DNA of 63,809 nt, the filler included, from Octopus bimaculoides (Eukaryota), in NCBI RefSeq assembly GCF_001194135.2. It is 6 parts of 5 records of this genome, joined end to end, with 100 filler letters (N's around TTAATTAATTAA, not from the genome) between each part and the next. Parts side by side here need not be neighbours in the genome. Positions count along the whole stretch, not along the records: positions 1 to 28,263 come from NC_068984.1; 5 more parts are not named here. One strand, written 5' to 3'. This document shows positions 1 to 11,678 of the stretch, one piece after another; within the stretch, counting starts at the first letter, position 1, and the number at the start of each line of letters is the position of its first letter. Position numbers and translations under genes: made by a program. The notes below the pieces were generated by a model. That model was not told the DNA's origin, did not search any database, and worked only from the letters and a program-made list of their open reading frames with translations.

Positions 1-267
1 AAGATTAGCCCCTTTGTTTAGGCTCTCCAAGTCTAGTTGAGGAAATGAGAGATGATCTCTTCATATCGTCAGACCTGAGATTGGACCCCACAAATGCTTC
101 ATAAAAAATGGCTTCCCGCTCAAGGTACACAAGAGTGAATCTGATGGTGGCATTAGTTGAAATGGATTACCGACTGAGCCTATCATTACCCGAAAACAGA
201 GACGATGGTTTTTTTTTATGAAAAAGAGAGAGAAGAGAAGAGAAAGAAAGAGAAAGAGAAAGAGAGA

Positions 268-412
268 GAGCTTTACCGGCTACCAAATTTCACACACATT
301 GAGTCGATCTGTGTCTTTAGCAGAAACCAGTTACCCAGGTGTCGCAGAGTAAGACCCTTCTAGAACCCTCGTACTTGTAAAGAGAATTTCTTAATTACAG
401 AGCTACGCCTAC
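268..412 (-). mobile_element. Degenerate 5' half of tRNA-derived SINE family A (octopod OR2-like)
   Basis: The reverse complement GTAGGCGTAGCTCTGTAATTAAGAA...GACACCTGGGTAACTGGTTTCTGCTA...TGTGAAATTTGGTAG aligns by eye with the head of the intact copy at 27633-28039. Confidence 0.55.
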
Positions 413-1345
413 ATCTATACACTCTGGTCATACGCAGTTCAAAAGTTCAAATCCGTTCACACGCTAAAATAATACAAAATGGTGTTCAATGTGAAAGATC
501 TACATTGATTTTTAATGTCATTAAATACAATTTATTGCTGGTGACCGATAAGGTCAAATCAGACTATGAGCTAAGTTTCTGTCATTAGCTAACAACGTCA
601 TTTAGTTTGTAGAGCGTACCCTCCTTCATACGTACATACATACGTACATGCATACGTACATACATGTATACATACATACAAACACACACTATATACACAC
701 ACATACATACGTACAATGTTACATATAAGCTATATATAAATATATANNNNNNNNNNNNNNNNNNNNNNNNNNNNNNNNNNNNNNNNNNNNNNNNNNNNNN
801 NNNNNNNNNNNNNNNNNNNNNNNNNNNNNNNNNNNNNNNNNNNNNNNNNNNNNNNNNNNNNNNNNNNNNNNNNNNNNNNNNNNNNNNNNNNNNNNNNNNN
901 NNNNNNNNNNNNNNNNNNNNNNNNNNNNNNNNNNNNNNNNNNNNNNNNNNNNNNNNNNNNNNNNNNNNNNNNNNNNNNNNNNNNNNNNNNNNNNNNNNNN
1001 NNNNNNNNNNNNNNNNNNNNNNNNNNNNNNNNNNNNNNNNNNNNNNNNNNNNNNNNNNNNNNNNNNNNNNNNNNNNNNNNNNNNNNNNNNNNNNNNNNNN
1101 NNNNNNNNNNNNNNNNNNNNNNNNNNNNNNNNNNNNNNNNNNNNNNNNNNNNNNNNNNNNNNNNNNNNNNNNNNNNNNNNNNNNNNNNNNNNNNNNNNNN
1201 NNNNNNNNNNNNNNNNNNNNNNNNNNNNNNNNNNNNNNNNNNNNNNNNNNNNNNNNNNNNNNNNNNNNNNNNNNNNNNNNNNNNNNNNNNNNNNNNNNAC
1301 GATAATAACGTACAAACATATATATGTGGGAGAGGTGTCTATGTA

Positions 1346-1534
1346 CGAGGGGGGGGGTGAAAAGTTCCTGGCTTTGGGTAAAAGAAAATTAAAGAGAATC
1401 AGTTAATTACGATTTTATTCAACATATTCCCCTCTCAGATTCACACAATTATTTGCAGTAGTTCTTCAGCTTTTCTAAACCCTGTACAAACTTCACGATA
1501 CCCTTAAAGCCAGGAACTTTTCAGCACCATCTCG
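1346..1534. mobile_element. Mariner-type MITE, copy 1
   Basis: TIRs CGAGGGGGGGGGTGAAAAGTTCCTGGCTTT and AAAGCCAGGAACTTTTCAGCACCATCTCG; TA on both sides (1344-1345, 1535-1536); no ORF; a sister copy lies at 17214-17431. Confidence 0.9.
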
Positions 1535-2054
1535 TATATATGCGTGTGTGTGTGTGTGTGGATTACTACATACAAAGACCTGTATGTATTTTTTGTGTTG
1601 GCAGTGGTGGATCCCTATTTCTAGTCAGTGCATGCATATAGGTGACAAAAAATTCTGAAATTTTAATCTCCCACTATTTTGCGAGCTGCCTTGATTGATG
1701 AAGTCTAGGAAATGAAAGCGCCACTCGATGTAGCCATCAATCATTCTGATTTCTCTTGACACCGAATCACAGTAGCTGATACTTCGAAAATGATATTTGT
1801 GTTGTGCAAACGTCTGCCACCGTATTCTCTTTAAGGTACAGATACTTTCAAATATTATAGTACATTATGTCTCTCGTAAATATAACTATTCGATATCGAA
1901 ATATTTTATGAGAAATATTATAATCTCTATGAGGTACAAATGATACTTTCCAACACCATTATGCCTCTTATGACTAGTACAATCCGACATTGAAGTATTT
2001 TACGAGGAATAGAACAAAATAGCCAGTTTTGTTCATTCTGGTTTCTCAAAGGCC

Positions 2055-2300
2055 TTTGGTGATGGGTGCGTGACGATGTATGCAGGCTTGACGATTTGGA
2101 AGCATACAGTCATAAAAATGAATTTTAAATCTCGGTAGGGGATTTATCTTAACGAGGAATCTTTTCGACCTTAGCAGTTAGAAGAATTGGGTGTATTGCC
2201 TTGTGACAGAGCAGTTTTATTTAAGGAGGATACAGCTCATTCAGTTACAGAGAAGCGATTAGAAAATTTATCTCAAACAATGTCTGTTTCACAATGTGGG
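2055..2300 (+). pseudogene. Possible very old Tc1-like transposase remnant
   Basis: The frame reads FGDGCVTMYAGLTIW...EESFRP*...AVLFKEDTAHSVT, which loosely resembles Tc1 FGGGSVMVWAGI...DEILRP...FQQDNAPAHT. It has two stops and no TIRs were found. Confidence 0.3.
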
Positions 2301-2388
2301 CAGTTTACCGCCACTAACGAATGTTCATTTCAGCAGGAGCAACAAATGTAAAAACGGAAATGTAATCTATAAAATGTTTAAATGTACA

Positions 2389-2438
<50 letters not shown>

Positions 2439-3827
2439 TGTGCGTGTGTGTGTGTGTAAGGCGAGTGTGAGAGATAGGAAAACTCAAGGGTAACGTTGTC
2501 TTTAAAAGCAGAATTAAAAAATTCATAGATTAATTAGAGGGAGCAAGATTAGCCCTCTGAGTGTGCTGTTGGAGTATGTGAACTCTGCTGAATTATTTAA
2601 AAACCAATAGAGCTTCTCTTGTTGCAACTAAACTTTATCAATATTGCAGCACTTTCAGAGACGCATTTGTCAGAGAAAGGTTAGCTAAAATGAGTCATTG
2701 CTACAGTTTTAATATCTTGCCTTGTAAGTTACCACGCAGCCATACATTGCTGTCTGTTCTCTAGATCTCTCCTTTTTATAAGGTAATATGCAGTAGCCAG
2801 AACAATCAGGATTAGAGAAAGAAACAAACAAAAAGGAAAAACAAATAACGATAAGCACATTGATGTCACTATATTTAAAAGAATGCTAGTAGAGCTTCGT
2901 CGTAGAATAAATACGCCAACCAAACCTTAAGCACAACTGCCTTGTATTGCTATTTGAGAATACAAAATATATAGTTGGGTCAGCTACTTACTTGAGGTCT
3001 GTTTGATAGAAAAAATACAAAAGAAAAAATGATATCTATGGAGATCGATGTAAATTTAGTACCCAAAGCACACTTTGCAGTTTTATACCTGTTGTTATTA
3101 TACCAACCTGCCGAGATCAAAGTATGGCTCAACTTGAATTTTGAAAAAAAAAATGTAGGTCTATAGTTCACGAACTAAAATGATCAGAGTCAAGTTTGTG
3201 GTGTTTCCTAAATCCACACAATGAATACATGTAACGCTTAATTGCTTGGAAGTTGTTTGCAATTCGTCTTCTCAGCTGGAGAACATTAAATCACATTTCC
3301 ATTTGGATATTCAGGAACCTTTCTGCTTTATCAGTCTACATGGTGTTGTTTCTTTCATGTTATTAGTATGAAGGGGAATTATCGAGACATTTTTCAATAA
3401 ACTATCAACAGATAGATGTCTGTAAGGGAGCATATAATTTCCGCTCTATTTATTATGTGCTGTCTCAGCTCTGGTAGGTTTTTCTGTATCCCATGTCAAC
3501 TTACTAACGCACCGATTCTAACAAATATAACAAAACACAAGTGATAGATTGGGAATTCATTGAAAAGCCCACAGTAGTGTGACGAAAGTTTTATATCAGA
3601 CTAATCAATAATTGAATAATTGATAAGTTAACAATAAAAATGAGCTAAACGACAATCAATACATCTGTTTATCGGCAAAATCATCAATAGCAAAGTACAA
3701 TTGTATATGCGTGTATGCATCACGCATATACAGTTTGAATGTGCGTATTTATGCATATATGTATTTATGCCTATCTTTCTACCTGTCTGTCTATCTATCT
3801 GTGTGTGTGTTTGTTGTCAGTGTGTGT

Positions 3828-3870
<43 letters not shown>

Positions 3871-4314
3871 TGTGTGTCTGTGTGTGTGTGTATGTGTGTG
3901 TGTGTACTGGTGATGCTCCTTAGGAATGAAACGTATAAAACTAGTGAATGAGCAAACGAAAGAAAGTAGTATTGGCTTATATATATATATATATGATAAC
4001 TGTTTGGCTCTGTATGATATGAAGTTTCCTGTGTGTGTAGGGAGCACTCTTCTCATCAGTTGTTTAGGGAGAAACTGAAAGGCTTGACAGAAATTCAAGA
4101 TGGCTTCTAGGTATATAGGCTTTTATCAGTCAGCTCAAATCTTCCACTCTGCCTCCTAGAATGTGATGACATGGATATGTCCTGCGCACTCACGAAACTT
4201 TATGTAAAGCCGAGTCAAACTGTTATTTAAACAATATAGTTACATACATACGCACACATACATACAGACCGTCGGACAAACAAAGATACAAACAGATAAA
4301 TAGCTAGCTAACTG

Positions 4315-4389
<75 letters not shown>

Positions 4390-4426
4390 GGATAGATAGA
4401 TAGATAGATATATAGATAGATAGATA
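4315..4426. repeat. (GATA)n microsatellite
   Basis: Seen directly; one of dozens of (AT)n, (GT)n, (GATA)n, (ATAC)n, (CT)n and (AAT)n tracts in the window. Confidence 0.97.
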
Positions 4427-4452
4427 TTGTTATGGAATAATTACTCTTGTGT

Positions 4453-4803
4453 AGAATATATTGTATAAAAGATCGTGGATAAGGCCAAAACAATGTGAAG
4501 TGCTAGGTAAATCACAAGAAAGCAAATATGTGAATTAATGTAGACTTACCTTGTATTCAATATTTCGGAGTAATGGCTCCATTTTCAAGAAATTGACGAA
4601 TGTTTCTGATGTGCGTGCGTGTGAGCGTGTATGGAGTGGACATCGGCAACATTTGTCAATTTCTTGAAAATGGGGTTATTACCCCAAAATATTGAATACA
4701 AGGTAAGTCTACATTAATTCACTTATTTGTTTTCTTCTGATTTACCTTGCATTTACTTCGCATTGTTTTGGCCTTACCCACGATTTTTTAATACAATATT
4801 CTT
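4453..4803. mobile_element. Foldback / long-TIR non-autonomous element (~160 bp arms, 27 nt spacer)
   Basis: 4453-4612 is the near-exact reverse complement of 4640-4803, e.g. GTGAATTAATGTAGACTTACCTTGTATTCAATATTT versus AAATATTGAATACAAGGTAAGTCTACATTAATTCAC. Confidence 0.75.
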
Positions 4804-4853
4804 TTACTTGTTTCAGTCATTTGACTGCAGCCATGCTGGAGCATCGCTTTGAA
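4801..4853 (-). mobile_element. 3' tail fragment of SINE family A
   Basis: CTTTTACTTGTTTCAGTCATTTGACTGCAGCCATGCTGGAGCA matches 27653-27695. Confidence 0.85.
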
Positions 4854-4861
4854 AACGATTG

Positions 4862-4892
<31 letters not shown>

Positions 4893-5536
4893 ATATAATA
4901 TAATATAATATAATATAATAATATATACAGAGAGAGAGAGATGCATACATACATACATACATACATGCATACATACATACATACATACATATATACATAC
5001 ATACATGCATACATACATACATACATACACATCTATACAAGCAGATACACATACATATGTAAGATACATATAAAACAAGAATATTTTCACATAACATAAT
5101 TTTAACTGTTATAGATATTTGTGAAAAATAACATCGCTGAAATTATTAAATTTTTGTTTAGTCATCATTGTGTGTGGAAAATGTATTTAGTATAAACATA
5201 TTTTTTTTATATCCTTTTCTAGCGTGTGACATTGTGTGCGTGTGTGTGTGACTATTAGTGAGCGTGCGCGTAACGATTCAGTATTTTAAAAGCATTTGTA
5301 AGGAATCTTCTCAGAATAGACATTTAAGTTTTATTTTATTGTTGTGTGACTGTGTCTACGTACATACATACATACATGCATACATATATACAGACATAAA
5401 AACACGCATACACACACATATATGCGTATGTGTGTGTTTAGAGATGTGAGTGTATGCGTGCGTGTGTTTGCATGTAAGTATGAAGNNNNNNNNNNATATA
5501 TATACATATATATATACATACACATATATATACAGA

Positions 5537-5568
<32 letters not shown>

Positions 5569-5632
5569 CACATACACATACACAAATATATATATATGTA
5601 TATATGTGTGAGTGTGTGCGTATATTATTATT

Positions 5633-5683
<51 letters not shown>

Positions 5684-6095
5684 TATAATAATATATCATA
5701 ATAATATATATACTCTTACAAAGCCTTCAAGTTTGTTTATAAATATATATGTCTCTATATACATGTATACAATATATATGTATATGTGTGTGTGTATTTA
5801 TATATGAATATATACACATACATATGTACATACGCATGTATGTATGTATATGTATGTATGCGTGTATTTGTATGTATGTATGTATTCATATTAACACAAA
5901 TGTTTATATTTTTACATAAAAGTTAGAAAACAGCTATAAATGAATCTAATTTTGTTTTCATATATAACCTGTCACTTTGAAATTACCGTCATCTTTATAT
6001 AAAACACACAGACACACATACACACATACATATACATACATATACATAACCTATATAATATATATATATTATATAATATTATACTTTATTGTATA

Positions 6096-6142
<47 letters not shown>

Positions 6143-6453
6143 NNNNNNNNNNNNNNNNNNNNNNNNNNNNNNNNNNNNNNNNNNNNNNNNNNNNNNNNNN
6201 NNNNNNNNNNNNNNNNNNNNNNNNNNNNNNNNNNNNNNNNNNNNNNNNNNNNNNNNNNNNNNNNNNNNNNNNNNNNNNNNNNNNNNNNNNNNNNNNNNNN
6301 NNNNNNNNNNNNNNNNNNNNNNNNNNNNNNNNNNNNNNNNNNNNNNNNNNNNNNNNNNNNNNNNNNNNNNNNNNNNNNNNNNNNNNNNNNNNNNNNNNNN
6401 NNNNNNNNNNNNNNNNNNNNNNNNNNNNNNNNNNNNNNNNNNNNNNNNNNNNN

Positions 6454-6638
6454 TGTAGAAAAAAAGACATATTACAAATGTGGCAACATATTAAAACCAA
6501 GTGGGAGAGAGCAGAGGAAGAATATATAAGTCCATCTTGACATAGCAGGGTCTATGATGGACTTATATATTCTTCCTCTGCTCTCTCCCACTTGGTTTTA
6601 ATATGTTGCCACATTTGTAATATGTCTTTTTTTCTACA
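6454..6638. repeat. Perfect 83 bp inverted repeat abutting a gap (real palindrome or assembly artefact)
   Basis: 6454-6536 is the exact reverse complement of 6556-6638, with a 19 nt spacer; the left arm starts at the first base after an N gap. Confidence 0.85.
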
Positions 6639-7039
6639 TTTTTTCGTGCAGCTGAAGATTGCTCTTCATATTGCATTTAAGGTAATGCTCACATTACTTA
6701 AATAAATTGAAGTAGCATGAAACGTGCGTACTGCAATCACTTTTGAAATCCGTGTTGCTTATTATTTGATTATGTATGCATGTATGTATGTGGTAATGTA
6801 TGTATGCGTGTTTGTATGCTTGTATGCATGTATGTTTCTTTGTATCTATAAGAAACATATCCGTCAATCGCAAACAAGTATGACCGTATAACATGCACCG
6901 TACTTACGATTATTTTACGTCGTGAAGAAATATGAGCATCCTGCCATACCCTCCATCATTGACCCAGCAAGACATCCAGGAGGTGAAATCTGGAGGAAGA
7001 GAGAGAATATCACCAACACTGGGTTGGTCCACAATTTTG

Positions 7040-10000
7040 TCCGAGCAAACTAGAACAATGTAAAATAAAGAGCCTGTAACATTACAACAAGTGTCAGAAG
7101 AGTGTGAAAGAATAGTAAATTTAAGACATGACACAGAGAAAATTGAATATAACTGTTGCATCCAAATGAAACAAGTGTGAAATAGGCAGAATAAAAATCA
7201 AGGGTGTACTAAAATACAGCACAGTCAGGACAAGAATCTGGAAACAAACCCATGTTCTGCATGGGGAGGTCTACACCTGAGGAAAAATTGTCCTATTAAG
7301 AAAGCGGAATGCTTCTGTTGTGGAAAAATTGGACGCACAAAAGCACACTGTAAAACCAAGATGACAAAACATTGGAAGAAAGGAAAAAAATAAACAGTAT
7401 GTCATCGAAAGAAAATGGTAATGTAACGAAGATGAAATTTGTAAATATGAAAATTAAAATCATAAGAGTAAAAATGCAGTTAGACACTGAAAGTGATATT
7501 ACCATAGTAAATGAAGAAACTTGGAAGTATATCGGTAAGCCGAAATTAAGTAAATTTACAAAAGTAGTACATGGTGTTATGGGCAAAAGATTGTATTTTG
7601 TTGGCGAATTTGAGTATAACGTAACATTTCGTGACCAGGTGAAAACGGTAAAAACATATGTGTTAAAAATTCAGTTAATCTATTTGGCATAATTTGGAAC
7701 TATTCAAATTGTGGAATACGCCCATAAGTGTTTTATGTGGATAAATAGTCGATTCAGTCGAAGGTTCGAATGAGGCTGAGGGACTGAAACAAAAAATAAA
7801 GCATTTTTTTTCCAGATGTTTTCTTGGAGGAAGTGGGCTGTTGCACGAAAACAAAGGCAGAAATTACAGTAAAACAAAGTGAAACACCTGTATTTAAACC
7901 AAAATGGAATATACCGTTCGTGGCAATAGACCAGGTAAACAAGAAACTTGAAAGCCTAGAAATAATTGAGAAGACGGACCACGGTCTACATAAAAAACAA
8001 AAATACCAAGTTAAGAGATTGTGCAGAGTTGAATGATTGGATTGCTTAATCTCACATAACTACTCATTGCCGAGTCCTGATGAAGTGTTCGCAAAACTGA
8101 ATGGAGAGAAATTCTTCTCAAGATTGGACCTCTCGGAGGCATATCTAGAAATCCAAATAGAAGAAGAATGCTCACGCTTATTAACAATTTATACACACTG
8201 TTGCTTATTTAAATTTAAGCGGCTTCCTTTCGGTGTAAAAGTGGTCCCTTCCATATTTCAGCAAGTAGTGGATACAATGCTGTGTGACTGTGATTTTGCT
8301 ATCACCTATTTAGACGAAATTCTGCTAAAAAGGGAATCACATGAACAACATGTAAAACACGTTGAAGGGGTATTCGAGAAGTTAGAGAATACGGTTTCAA
8401 GTTAACGGAAGAAAAATGCGAGTTCTTCATGAAAAATTTTTTTAAATTGGACCAGATAATAGATAAAAACGAACAAAATCCGGATTCATCGAGAGTAACT
8501 GCAATAAAAAAAAATATACTCACACCGAATAATGTGACTATGCTACAAGCATTCCTGGATTTAGTAAATTATTATCAAATTTACATTCCCAAGATACATA
8601 ATGTGAGGGCCCCACTCAATTATCTGTTAAAGAAAAATACAAAACAGTGTTGGGCTGATAAGTACCAGAAGGCATTTGACTAGTTAAAAAGCATTTTATC
8701 ATCGGACTAATTGTTAACGCATTTTGATGCAAAGTTGGCTACAGATACCAATGATTATGGTGTAGGAGCCATGCTTCTGCACGATTAAGATGATGGGAGT
8801 AAAAAGGCCCATGAGTCACGATCGTTATTACCAGCTGAAAGGAACTATAGTCAGATAGAAAAGGAAGCATTAGCAGTCATATTCGATGTGGATATAGATT
8901 GATACATAGATTGTATCAATCTATAGATTGATACATGGAAGAAGTTTCTGTCTACAAATGGATATGTAACGTGGAATGTGGTACGCGAATTACCGCTAAC
9001 CCTGAAAGACATAAAGCGAAATGCGATAGAGGACAAATTCATAACAGAACTAAGAAGGACACTGTGGTCGGGAAAAGTAAATAGGAACATGATTGGTACG
9101 AAACCAAACCAAGACGTCAACCTATACTCAATTTGTAATGGCATACTGATGTATGCACAAAGAGTAGTGATACCTGAAACACTGCAAAAGAAAATGTTGA
9201 GGAAATTTCATGTTTGACATATTGCTATTTCGAGAATAAAAGCTTTAGTGCGTAGCTACGTGTACTGGCCAAAAGTAGATAGAGAAACCGAAAATTTAGT
9301 GAAAGGCTGTAGAGGATGTACTCTAGCAGCAAAATACCGACGATAAAAAGTGAAACTTGGCCAAAAGTAAATGTTCCGTGGTCGAGACTACATATCGATT
9401 TCATTGGTCATTTAAACGGTTCATACTACTTAATGGTAGTTAACAGTTTCTCTAAATGGCCAGAAATTTGTAAGTGTAAAAAAACCAGCAATCAAGCAAA
9501 ATGCTTTGTCGATACGTTCAAGGAAGCCCTTAGAAAATCGAATAAAGAAGTCACGGATGAGGTAGCTTTCCAACAATTCTTAAGAGTATGCTGTGTGTCA
9601 TCAAATCCAAATACACCAGCAGGTGTGTCACCAGCGGAGCTGATGTTTGCGGGGAAAATAAAACCAGTCTTCAACAAATTGTTACCGGGGAAGAGAAGAA
9701 AAATTGCAAGGGAAAATACAGCAAGATTTCTCAAAATTGGTGAAAAGGTATTATTTGTGAGGACACATAAGAACGGAAAACAGAGTTGGGAAGATGGCGT
9801 GATTATCAAACGTATAGGAAAAATGCTGTACTTGGTAAAAAGTAGTAAAGGCGTATACAAGAAGCACATGAACCAACTGAAAAAAAGATTCGTTGAGAGC
9901 GAACCCAAGAGAATGGAAGAACCAATAGAATGGCAATATGATACTTTTCAAGTACTAACACCACTACAGGTGATTGAACCCAGGCGCACAAGCATAAGAA

Positions 10001-10053
10001 AGAGAAAATGTACAGAGTTCCTGAAAGTGGATGCCAAACTGAAAAAATATTAA
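7040..10053 (+). pseudogene. gag-pol pseudogene of the Gypsy element
   Basis: Gag SKLEQ..TLQQVSEECERIVNLRHDTEKIE; two decayed CCHC knuckles CSAWGGLHLRKNC and CFCCGKIGRTKAHC (7253-7351); protease MQLDTESDITIV (DTG changed to DTE); RT SRLDLSEAYLEI..RLPFGV..PSIFQQVVD..YLDEI (8037-8405); RNase H RNYSQIEKEALAVIF; integrase Zn finger H..HIAISRIKALVRSYVYWPKVD..CRGC and PWSRLHIDF (9316-10053). Many stops and frameshifts. Confidence 0.92.
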
Positions 10054-10154
10054 ATGTGTAACCAAAAAGAAAAAAAACTCAAAAACGAGAGGTGGGTGAT
10101 ATAAAAAGTATTACTATTAGAAGAAATAAAATGTCATTCCCTAAGAAAAAACAT

Positions 10155-10165
10155 AAAAGGGGACA
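10155..10165 (+). other. Polypurine tract (PPT) of the Gypsy element
   Basis: AAAAGGGGACA lies immediately 5' of the LTR start TGTTG. Confidence 0.7.
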
Positions 10166-10348
10166 TGTTGTGCGGATAATAGTAATAACAATACAACCCT
10201 CCCACGTGACGAGTGGTATGTGCTAGTCGCTATAAATAAGGTGACGTCGGTCAGTATAAAGAGAGAGTACGAAGTAGACGGTCATAGTTTGTCGTGGTCT
10301 TACTTGTCTTACTAACTATACTGATATACCAGAGGGGGCTTTATAACA
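10166..10348 (+). repeat. 3' LTR (~183 bp)
   Basis: Starts TGTTGTG after the PPT and ends TATAACA (imperfect terminal IR); TATA-like TATAAATA at 10231-10238. The right end could instead be at ~10368. Confidence 0.7.
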
Positions 10349-10569
10349 ATCCGGCATTAAGGATTACAATAGATACACGCACAACATATACCTACACGCA
10401 TATACTTATAAAACGTTGGATATTTTGTATAGAGGTTTGTAATTGAAGTTTTTGTCTAAAACTGTATTATGAATATCTGTGTAACATTTGTGTGATGGGA
10501 ACGTATCTACTGATGTATAGATGTTTGTATGTGTTCATATACTTGTGAATGAGAATTTGTTTGTGTGTA

Positions 10570-10605
<36 letters not shown>

Positions 10606-11135
10606 GGAGTGAAAGTGAGTGGCAGAGAAAGTGAGAGAGAGAGAAAGTGAGTGAGTGTGTGTTGTGTGTGTATGTGTGTGCGTGCGTGCGAGCGTGCGTG
10701 CGTGTGTGTGTGTTTGTGTGTGTGTGTACATATTTAATTACATGTTTTATTTGTATATGCGAAAGGAAGAGGAAGATTGCTGTTGGCTTATTCGTACAAT
10801 GTCAAATATATGATCACGACAAATGGAGCATTATCTTTGGTATACTCTTCCATGAAGATGCTANNNNNNNNNNNNNNNNNNNNNNNNNNNNNNNNNNNNN
10901 NNNNNNNNNNNNNNNNNNNNNNNNNNNNNNNNNNNNNNNNNNNNNNNNNNNNNNNNNNNNNNNNNNNNNNNNNNNNNNNNNNNNNNNNNNNNNNNNNNNN
11001 NNNNNNNNNNNNNNNNNNNNNNNNNNNNNNNNNNNNNNNNNNTATATTAATTAGTGATTATTATAGATTTCAATTATATTTCTTTCCAAGCCTCCTAGTT
11101 AGACATTTTAATACTTTAATACTTTAATTGTTAGC

Positions 11136-11678
11136 TCGACCTGGAGAGATTCCCTGATCTTCGAGTAGCGCTTTCCCTGCCGAGTAATGTTACAACAGAG
11201 TTTCTTTGAAAGAACTCCATTTGACCGCTTGTATTCGCGATCGTATTCTTTTAGTCATTATTCTTTCCGTGCCTACCGTTTCCATAGGTGAGTGGGGGGT
11301 ACGAAAACCATATTGAAGGTGGCGTATTTGGCTTTTATTCTTTGCTTTCATCTTTTTTTTTTTTTACCAAATTTTCCTTTTCTAGGGATCAAATGCTGAC
11401 GCATTGAGAGATTGTAGCTCCAGTATTAAGAACATGTGATTAGAATGTCACAGGAAAGAATCATGAGACAGATCCTTTAAATCAAGCCAACCGGCAGGAG
11501 ACCTAAGGGTAGGCCAGGAACGAAATGGTTGGATAATATCCATAATGTCCATAATCTCAGTTTGTCACGCTTGGGATTCTAGCCGGAAAGTTTAATGACG
11601 ATTACATCTGATAGGAGCCAAAGGAGGTTCCTGACTCTCCCAGGAATAGTAGGCGGAGAAGATAGGTGGATGGAAGTA
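11136..11678. mobile_element. RTE-clade LINE 3' fragment with inverted 5' half
   Basis: The minus strand of ~11136-11395 reads (with frameshifts) KAKYATFNMVFVPP-LTYG...TKRIRSRIQAV-MEFFQRNSVVTLLGRE-RYSKIRESLQVE. The plus strand of ~11400-11678 continues RIERL*LQY*EHVIRMSQERIMRQIL*IKPTGRRPKGRPGTKWLDNI. Both are typical of the RTE RT C-terminus. Confidence 0.85.

Larger units (their letters stand above)
7030..10348 (+). mobile_element. Ty3/Gypsy LTR retrotransposon (Mag-like gag), 5'-truncated, internally deleted, defective
   Basis: Domain order is gag, PR, RT, RH, INT, then PPT and 3' LTR. No 5' LTR or PBS is visible. Confidence 0.93.

Noticed and set aside
585-1319. Long ORFs containing X runs (also at 15.8, 24, 25.5, 46.3, 48, 51 and 55 kb)
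   Set aside because: They are open only because N gaps contain no stop codons.
1835-1975. Degenerate ~40 bp duplication (GGTACA..GATACTTT..CATTATG.CTCT)
   Set aside because: Only two loose copies in AT-rich DNA; not an array, and nothing CRISPR-like exists in this eukaryotic window.
2729-2923. Hydrophobic stretch followed by basic residues, like a transmembrane exon
   Set aside because: The hydrophobicity comes from a T-rich low-complexity tract; no convincing splice pair or recognisable homology.
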